The notes under the pieces were generated by a model. The model was not told the DNA's origin. It searched no databases and saw only the letters and a program-made list of their open reading frames with translations. From contig CBFGUK010000002.1 of NCBI GenBank assembly GCA_965651925.1, positions 15,750 to 79,749 on the forward strand: DNA of 64,000 bases, read 5' to 3'. This document shows positions 9,929-17,400 of this stretch, one piece after another. Position numbers and translations under genes: made by a program. Every line of letters starts with the position of its first letter. The first letter of the stretch is position 1. The stretch is from an uncultured bacterium (GTDB taxonomy: Bacteria; Desulfobacterota; Binatia; HRBIN30; CADEER01).

Positions 9929-10701
9929 GCACTCGCACCTTCCGCGTCTGGCGCGGCGACCGAAACGGCGGCGACTTCACGACCTACGAGGTCGAGGTCG
10001 ACGAGGGCATGGTCGTGCTCGACGTCGTCCATCGCATCCAGGCCCAGCACGCGCCCGACCTCGCCGTGCGCTGGAACTGCAAGGCCGGCAAGTGCGGTTC
10101 GTGCAGCTGCGAGATCAACGGCAAGCCGCGCCTGTCCTGCATGACGCGCATGGACACCCTGCCCGCCGAGGGCCCGGTGACCATCCAGCCGGTGAAGACC
10201 TTCCCGGTGATCAAGGATCTCGTTACCGACGTGTCCTGGAACTACCGCCAGAAGCGGCGCATCCCGCCGTTCCGCCCGCGGCCGCGTGATGCCGACGGCA
10301 ACTACCGGATGCAGCAGGAGGACGTCGACCGCATCCAGGAGTTCCGCAAGTGCATCGAGTGCTACCTGTGCCAGGACGTCTGCCACGTCCTGCGCGACCA
10401 GGAGAAGCTCGACAAGTTCGTCGGCCCGCGCTTCATGATCTACCTCGCCAACCAGGAGATGCATCCGCTCGACAGCGCCGACCGCATCGAGGCGATCCGC
10501 AACGACTTCGGCTCCGGCTACTGCAACATCACCAAATGCTGCACCGAGGTGTGCCCGGAGCACATCAACATCACCGACAACGGCATCATCCCGCTCAAGG
10601 AGCGCGTCGTCGATCGCTTCTATGACCCGCTCGCCTGGCTCATCCGCGCCGTCCGCGGCGGTGAGACGAAGACGCCGGCGCCGGCGCTGAAGGTCGACTG
10701 A
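9925..10701 (+). CDS. sdhB: Succinate dehydrogenase iron-sulfur subunit
   Basis: ATGA overlap with sdhA stop. 2Fe-2S motif CKAGKCGSCSCEINGKPRLSC. 4Fe-4S/3Fe-4S Cys clusters (CIECYLCQDVC, CNITKCCTEVCP). Confidence 0.9.
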   Translation: MSTRTFRVWRGDRNGGDFTTYEVEVDEGMVVLDVVHRIQAQHAPDLAVRWNCKAGKCGSCSCEINGKPRLSCMTRMDTLPAEGPVTIQPVKTFPVIKDLVTDVSWNYRQKRRIPPFRPRPRDADGNYRMQQEDVDRIQEFRKCIECYLCQDVCHVLRDQEKLDKFVGPRFMIYLANQEMHPLDSADRIEAIRNDFGSGYCNITKCCTEVCPEHINITDNGIIPLKERVVDRFYDPLAWLIRAVRGGETKTPAPALKVD

Positions 10702-10710
10702 CGGAACAAG

Positions 10711-10813
10711 CCGCGAAGCGCGAAGGGCGCGAAGCCCGGACGCGATGGGGACCGACCGGCTGGCCGTGCCGGTACTCCCCGCCTCCAGGCTTCGCGCCCT
10801 TCGCGCCTTCGCG
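10711..10813. repeat. ~26-bp inverted repeat (51-bp spacer) whose arms are tandem CGCGAAG units. Shares its unit with the 3502-3560 hairpin.
   Basis: ccgcgaagcgcgaagggcgcgaagcc … ggcttcgcgcccttcgcgccttcgcgg. Sits between the sdhB stop and the next gene start. Confidence 0.4.
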
Positions 10814-10882
10814 GCATGAACTTCCCGGCACGCAGCAATCTGCGCACGTTCCGCATCCTCGTCCCCTGGAGGGGCTGGGCGC

Positions 10883-11554
10883 ATGCGGTTCAACATCTCG
10901 CTCGTGGCAATCGGGCTCGCCGGCGTCCTCGCCGCTGTGCCCGCCGGCGCGCAGTGCCTCGGCGACTGCGACGACGACGGCGCCGTGGTGATCAACGAGC
11001 TGATCCTCGCGGTGAACATCGCCCTCGACCTCGCCCCGGCCGGGGAATGCCCCGGCTACGGCGACACGGCGTCGATCGACGAGATCATCACCGCGGTGAA
11101 CCACGCCCTGTTCGGCTGCCCGACGGGCGAGCCGACGGGAACGCCGACGCCGAGTGAGCCGCCCGTCACCCCGACGCCCACCGACACGCCCGGGCCGCCG
11201 ACCGACACGCCGACTCCGCCCGCCACGGCAACCATCACACGAACGCCCACGCAGACGCGCACCATCCCCTTCTTCCCGCCGCGCACCTCCACGCCGACGC
11301 GCACCCGCACGCCCTCGATCACGCCGACCGGCGTGCCCACCGGAACCGGCGCGGCGACGGTCACGCCGACCAACGGGGGCGATCCCACGCCTACCGGCAC
11401 CTTCGTTGGCACGACGGCGGCAACCGGCACACCGACGGGAATGCCCACGGGCACCACCGCTGCCACGCTGACGCCGACGGCGACCCACACGCCCACCGAG
11501 ACCCCGACCGGGACCCCAACCGGCACGGCCGCCGCCGAGGTGGCGAGCGACTGA
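10883..11554 (+). CDS. Secreted protein: signal peptide, Cys-bracketed dockerin-like module, then a Pro/Thr-rich low-complexity tail with no catalytic domain
   Basis: MRFNISLVAIGLAGVLAAVPAGA signal. CLGDCDDDGAVVINELILAVNIALD…GECPGYGDTASIDEIITAVNHALFGCP. Then ~130 aa of TPT/PTG repeats. Confidence 0.65.
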   Translation: MRFNISLVAIGLAGVLAAVPAGAQCLGDCDDDGAVVINELILAVNIALDLAPAGECPGYGDTASIDEIITAVNHALFGCPTGEPTGTPTPSEPPVTPTPTDTPGPPTDTPTPPATATITRTPTQTRTIPFFPPRTSTPTRTRTPSITPTGVPTGTGAATVTPTNGGDPTPTGTFVGTTAATGTPTGMPTGTTAATLTPTATHTPTETPTGTPTGTAAAEVASD

Positions 11555-11598
11555 GTGTCTACCGCGGATGGCGCGGATCGATCCGATTACGCGGACCC

Positions 11599-11757
11599 GG
11601 CTTTGCACAAAAACCGGCTTCCCGCATCGTCCCGCGTATGGCTTATGGCTTATGGCTTATGGCCAGAGGGGGCTCCGGGCCATATGCCATAAGCCATATG
11701 CGGTCCGCGGCATGAGGGAGCTCACGCCATTACCAGGGCTTTTTGTGCAAAGCTCGC
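11599..11757. repeat. Nested palindromic element: outer 14-bp IR (gctttgcacaaaaa / tttttgtgcaaagc). Inner hairpin with arms of tandem 7-mers (TTATGGC x4 / GCCATAW x3) around a GGCTCC-containing loop.
   Basis: Read directly: …tatggcttatggcttatggcttatggccagagggggctccgggccatatgccataagccatatg…. Convergent 3' intergenic region. Confidence 0.45.
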
Positions 11758-11827
11758 GGAACCGACCGCAACCTGATGCTCATCCAATCGGCGGAATCCC
11801 GAAGTCGCGCAATCCGCGGTAAAGACC

Positions 11828-13186
11828 TCACCTCGAGCCCGCACCTGCCGCCGGCTGCTGCTCCGGGGCGAGCTGCTCGGCGGCGGAGTCGCTCTCGCTG
11901 AGCGGCAGCGGGAAGACGTCCTCGCCGGTGATGAGCCGCGTGCCGCGATTCTTCGTGAGATAGCTGTACGCCCACTGGAAGAGGACGAGCACCCGGTTCT
12001 CGAAGCCGACCAGATACATGAGGTGGACGAAGAGCCAGGTCAGCCAGGCGAACAGCCCGCCGAAACGCAGTCCGGCGATGTCGGCGACGGCCTGCGAGCG
12101 CCCGATCGTCGCCATGCTCCCCTTGTCGCGATAGCGGAACGGCGGCGGCGGCGGTTTCTCGCTCGCCCGCGCCCGGATCACCTTGCCGACGTAGTCGCCC
12201 TGCGCCATCGCCACCGGCGCCACGCCGGGCAGCGGCTTGCCGTCCTGCTCGGCCTTCGCCATGTCGCCGATCGCAAAAATTTCGGGATGGCCGGGGATGG
12301 TGAGATCGGGCCCGACCTGAACGCGCCCGGCCCGATCGAGCGGCGCCCCCGTCGCCCGCGCGATCATCGCCGCGAGCGGTGAGGCCTGCACGCCCGCCGC
12401 CCAGAGGATCGTGCGCGCCGGCAGCCATTCCTCGTGATCGCCGCTGCGCAGGCGCACGCCGTGCTGCTCGACACCCGACACCATCGTGCGCAGGCGGACG
12501 GTGACGCCGAGCGCCTCGAGGACGCGCTGCGCCTTCATTGACAGGGCCGGATCGTACGTGGGCAGCACGCGGTCGGTGCCTTCGATCAGGATGATCTCGG
12601 CATCCGACGGCCGGATGCTGCGGAAGTCGTGCCGCAGCGTGTCATTGGCGATTTCGCTCAGCGCGCCCGCGAGCTCGACGCCGGTCGGCCCGGCGCCGAC
12701 GACGATGAAGCGCAGCCAGGCGTCGTGCCGCGCGCGATCGGGCTCGCGTTCCGCGGTCTCGAACGCGAGCAGGACGCGGCGGCGTACCTCGGTCGCATCC
12801 TCGATGGTCTTCAACCCGGGCGCGCACGGTTCCCACTCGGGATGCCCGAAGTAGTGATGGCTCGCGCCGGCGGCGAGCACGAGGATGTCGTACTCGACGA
12901 GGCCATCGCGCAGCACGAGGCGGCGCTGCTCGACATCGATGTCGATCACCTCGCCGAGCAGCACGCGCGTGTTGCGCTGCTTGCGCAGCACGTAGCGCAG
13001 CGGCGACGCGATGTCCCCCGGCGACAGCCCGCCGGTCGCAACCTGGTAGAGCAGCGGCTGGAAGAGGTGGAAGTTGCGGCGGTCGACGACGGTGACCTCG
13101 ACTGGCGCGCGGCGCAGGGCGCGCGCCGCATGCAGGCCGCCGAACCCACCGCCGACGATGACGACGCGGGTTGTCGGGAGCGTCAT
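11828..13186 (-). CDS. ndh: Type II NADH:quinone oxidoreductase (NDH-2)
   Basis: Start at MTLPTTRVVIVGGGFGGL (two GxGxxG Rossmann motifs, …FIVVGAGPTGVELAG…). The long in-frame N-terminal extension of the ORF is Arg-rich noise. Confidence 0.85.
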   Translation of the reverse strand: MTLPTTRVVIVGGGFGGLHAARALRRAPVEVTVVDRRNFHLFQPLLYQVATGGLSPGDIASPLRYVLRKQRNTRVLLGEVIDIDVEQRRLVLRDGLVEYDILVLAAGASHHYFGHPEWEPCAPGLKTIEDATEVRRRVLLAFETAEREPDRARHDAWLRFIVVGAGPTGVELAGALSEIANDTLRHDFRSIRPSDAEIILIEGTDRVLPTYDPALSMKAQRVLEALGVTVRLRTMVSGVEQHGVRLRSGDHEEWLPARTILWAAGVQASPLAAMIARATGAPLDRAGRVQVGPDLTIPGHPEIFAIGDMAKAEQDGKPLPGVAPVAMAQGDYVGKVIRARASEKPPPPPFRYRDKGSMATIGRSQAVADIAGLRFGGLFAWLTWLFVHLMYLVGFENRVLVLFQWAYSYLTKNRGTRLITGEDVFPLPLSESDSAAEQLAPEQQPAAGAGSR

Positions 13187-13275
13187 GTGCGGTAGTCTAC
13201 ACTGCCATGCCCGGCCCGCCAGCCGTGTGGCGCCGTGGCGGCGCGGCTGGCGTGGACGACGCGAGGAGTGGAGCG

Positions 13276-14175
13276 ATGCGGATACTGGTGACGGGGGCGA
13301 GCGGTCTGATCGGCAGCGCGCTCGTGTCCGCGCTCGCCGGCGCCGGCCACGAGGTCGTGCGCCTGGTGCGCGGCGGCGGACGGCGGCGTGCCGGCACGGT
13401 GGTGTGGGATCCGGGGGCCGGCACGATCGATCACGCCGGGCTCGAGGGCAGCGATGCCGTGGTACACCTCGCCGGCGAGAACATCGCCGCCGGACGCTGG
13501 ACGGCGGCCAGGAAGGCGCGCATCCGCGACAGCCGCGTCGAGGGCACCCGCCTGCTCGCCGAGGCACTCGCCGGGCTCGCCACCCCACCGCACACGTTCG
13601 TCGCCGCCTCGGCGATCGGCTACTACGGCCATCGCGGCCGCGACGAGGTGGACGAGGACAGTGCACCCGGCGCGGGCTTCCTCGCCGACGTCTGCCGCGA
13701 GTGGGAGGGCGCGACTGCGCCCGCCGTGCAGCGCGACATCCGCGTCGTGCACCTGCGCATTGGTGTCGTGCTCAGCGCCGACGGCGGCGCGCTGGCAACG
13801 ATGCTGCCGCCGTTCCGCCTCGGCCTCGGCGGACCGGTCGGCAGCGGCAATCAGTACATGAGCTGGATCGCGATCGACGATGTCGTCGCCGCCGTGCAGT
13901 TCGCGCTCACCACCACCGCGCTGGCGGGACCGGTCAACGCCGTCGCCCCGCAGCCGGTGCCGAACCGCGAGTTCGTACAGACGCTGGCGCGCGTCCTCGG
14001 CCGCCCGGCGCTCGTCCCCTTCCCCGCCTTCGCCGTGCGCACCCTGTTCGGCGAGATGGGCGAGGAGCTGCTCCTCAGCAGCACGCGCGTCATCCCGCAC
14101 CGCCTGCAGGAAGCCGGCTTCACCTTCCGCTTTCCCGAGCTCGAACCGGCCCTGCGCCACCTGCTCGGGAACTAG
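13276..14175 (+). CDS. TIGR01777/YfcH-like NAD-dependent epimerase family protein (SDR39U1-like, DUF1731 C-term)
   Basis: MRILVTGASGLIGSALV… Rossmann. C-terminal …NAVAPQPVPNREF…LGRPALVP… region typical of this family. Start chosen at the internal ATG. Confidence 0.8.
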   Translation: MRILVTGASGLIGSALVSALAGAGHEVVRLVRGGGRRRAGTVVWDPGAGTIDHAGLEGSDAVVHLAGENIAAGRWTAARKARIRDSRVEGTRLLAEALAGLATPPHTFVAASAIGYYGHRGRDEVDEDSAPGAGFLADVCREWEGATAPAVQRDIRVVHLRIGVVLSADGGALATMLPPFRLGLGGPVGSGNQYMSWIAIDDVVAAVQFALTTTALAGPVNAVAPQPVPNREFVQTLARVLGRPALVPFPAFAVRTLFGEMGEELLLSSTRVIPHRLQEAGFTFRFPELEPALRHLLGN

Positions 14176-14275
14176 CGCTCGCCGCCGAGGCGACGGCGAT
14201 CACAACCGGTGGAGGGTCGCGCTCCCGCGCGGCCGTGGAGACGCCGCCTCATGCGGAGGCAACGCCGCCCCTGGA

Positions 14276-14463
14276 GCGCGGGCGTCCCCGCCCGCATGAA
14301 CATCGCCCGCGAGCAATACGCCTCCGGGAGCACGGGCGGCCCGCCCGCCTGCAGCGCGCGTGGGGCGGGCGAGCCGCCCGCGCTCCCGGACGCGTCCCGC
14401 TCGCGAGCAGTCGCGTCGCGCGCTTCGCTCGCGGGCGCGCTGCATGCGGGCGGGGACGCCCGC
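14276..14463. repeat. Nested inverted repeats in a convergent intergenic region (outer 21-bp perfect IR plus inner ~12-bp IR)
   Basis: Outer: gcgggcgtccccgcccgcatg … catgcgggcggggacgcccgc. Inner: catcgcccgcgagca … ttcgctcgcgggcg. Confidence 0.35.
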
Positions 14464-14472
14464 GGTCCGCTG

Positions 14473-17400
14473 TCAGGGCCGCTGCAGCTCGGCAAACCGC
14501 CGGCGCGCGGCGGCGAGCTGCTGCAGATCGTACTGGTCGAAGCGCCGCACGCGCCCGTCGGCATCGAGCTCGCCGACGAAGAGGCTCGGCGCGTCGAACG
14601 TCCCGCCCTCGTGCGTGCCGACCCAGGACGTGCGGGCGAAGTACCCGTTGGACGCGAGGCGGATGTCGTCGAGCCGCAGGCGGACATCGGGGGCGAGCGC
14701 GACGAGGGCACGCAGTGCATCCACGTACGGAACCGGTCCGTGCGACGATTCCCACCCGAGCGGGCGGTGATCGTGCGCGATGACGTCGTCGGCCAGCCGC
14801 GCCGTGAGCGCCGGCCAGTCGCGCTGCGCAAGGGCGTCCTGGAAGGCGCGCATCGCCACACCGACGACGGGCAGACCCGCGGCCTCGCCGGCGAGATAGC
14901 GCGCGTCGAGCGCCGCGTACGCGGCATCGAGATCGGCCGGGTCGAACAGCTCCATGGCTGTGCGCTGTCCCTCCGCATCGACCTCGAACACGACCAGGAA
15001 TTCCAGCTCGCTCGGCCCGATCGAGCGGTCCGTGCCCGTGAATGACGTGCGCATCAGCGCCAGGCGCTCGCCGCGCGTCGCCACCGTCCACCCCGTCATG
15101 TGCGCTTCGGTCATCGACGCGATCTGGCGCAGAAACGCGAGGTACCCCTCGCGATCGAGGTCGAGACTGACCACCGGCCGATGATCGCGCAGGCGAAAGT
15201 CCGCCGCGAGCAACGCGTCGATCGCCGACCAGTCGCGCGCTGCCAGTGCGGCCCGCTGGCGCTCGAGCGTCGCGGTCGCCGCGTTCGCCAGTCCGTCCGG
15301 CAGCGGCGCCGCACCGAGTACCGGCGGCGCGCCGCCGCGATTCGCCAGCGCCCCCGACCCGGAATCCGTCAGCTCCGCGAAGCGCGCCAGCGCATGCTCG
15401 GCATCGGCCGCCGCGAACTGCTCGTCGCGCATCACCAGGCCGTCGGCATCGAACACCAGCAGAAGCAGGAAGTCCGTCTCGAACTGGCCGCCGTCGCGCG
15501 TCAGGCCGGTGTTGCGCCGTTGCACGAGCAGCGCGTCGGGCTCGAGACGGAGCACGTCCGTCGTCGCCGTGCCGACCTCGCGCGTCTCGTCGAGCAGCGA
15601 TCGGAAGCCCGCCTGCAGCTGGCGCGCGCTGCGCGCCGGCGGGAAGCCGGCGCGCCGATGATCGACGAACTGCACGTCGGGCGCCAGCACACCGGCCATG
15701 CGCTCGACGTCCGCCGGCCCGAGCCGCGCCGCGACACTGTCGAAGATGCGCGCCGCGCGCCGGCGCCCGGCGCCGGCCGGCAGCAGCTCGGCGTGACGGG
15801 CGTAAAGGCGCGCAATGGCCTCGCCGAGGTGCTCGGCGGCGAACAGCTCGACACGGCGGCGACGGCCTTGGTCATCGACCTCCCAGAGCGCGAGATCGCT
15901 GTAGTGTACGGGCCCGGTCGACGGCACCACGTCATCGACCACGGTGTCGAGCGACCAGAGCGTCCGGCCGAGCGCGAGCGCGTCCCCGAGCGTTCCCATC
16001 ATCTCGAAGGCGTAGCCCGGCGCGCGCGAGCCGAACAGCAGGCGTGCGGTTTCCTCCACGCCGTCGTAGCCGTAGCTCGAGCCGGTCAGGTGCTGCAGCA
16101 CCTCGACGTCGGGCGTGAACAGCGCCATCAGGGCGGCGAGGTCGCGCGCGGCGAATGCCGCCGCGAAAGCCGCGGTGCTCGCCGTCGCACGGTTGTCGCG
16201 CACCATCCGCCGCCACGTCCCGGTGCCCGGTACCGCCGCGCCGGGACGTGACCGGCTCCCGGCGGTACCGGCCGCGCGCATGCGGTCCACCAGCAGCGTC
16301 GCCCCTTTGGCCTCCCAGATGTCGGCGGCGCGCGCCTGCTCGGCGCTGGCCTCGGCGTGCCGCCCGGCCGCTTCGTACGCCACGGCGAGGGCCGTGCGTG
16401 CGTCGGCATGGTCGAGCAGGGCATCGGTTTCCACGGCGATCTCCACGGCCACGCGAGCGAAGCCGATCGCCGCCTCGTGCGCACCGCGCCGCGCCAACGC
16501 TTCGGCGCGCACGCATCGCCAGGCGATCGCGGCCTTGATGTCGTCGCCGGCGAGCGCCTCGGCCGCGCGGCTGACCGCGTCGGCCTCGTCGGCACGGTCG
16601 AGGCCGAGCAGGGCACGGCCGAGCAGCGCCGCCGCCTGGGCGGCATCGGCGCCGAGGCCGGCGGCGCGCAGCCCGTCGTACGCCCCGCGCAGGCGTTGTT
16701 CCGCGTCCACCGCATTGCCTTCCAGCAGCGCGATCAGGCCGGCGGCGACGTCGGCCTCCAGCACACGATGCGCGAGGCCGAGCTCCTCGACCATGCCGCG
16801 CGACGAGGCGATCATGCGGCGGGCCGCGTCGGTCCGTCCGCGCAACGCCTCGAGCACGGCCTGACAACGCAGCGCGACCGCCTCGACCGCGGGAGCACCC
16901 TGCGTGATGCGCAGCACGCGCACGACATCGAGACAGCGCCCGCTGGCACGCGCCACCGGGCTCGGTCCCCAGAGCGCCGCGACCGGTGCGCCGGCGAGCA
17001 CGGCGTTGGCCCGACGGCGGTCCCCGGCACGGCGCGCCGCGGCGAGCGCGCGGTCGAGCGCGGCCTCGCACGCCCCGACCTTGCCCAACGCGGCGAGCGC
17101 CTGGGCATGCACGGCATGCGCCTTTGCTTCGCCCGCCGCATCCCCCGCTGCCGCCAGGCGCTCGGCGGCCGCCTCCACCGCATCCGCCGTCGCGCGCAGC
17201 GCCTGGGGTTCGGTGAGCACGGCACGCTGGGCGAGGAAGCACGTGAGCCACGCCGTCAGCCGCTCCGTGCCGGCGCTGGCGGTGCGCAGCGCCTCGATCG
17301 CGGCGCTGCCGGCCGTGATGTCCCCTGCCCCGAGCGCCGCTTCGCACCAGTCGAGCATCAGTTCGGCGCGCCGCGGATCGGCGGCGTCGCTGCGCCGCAC

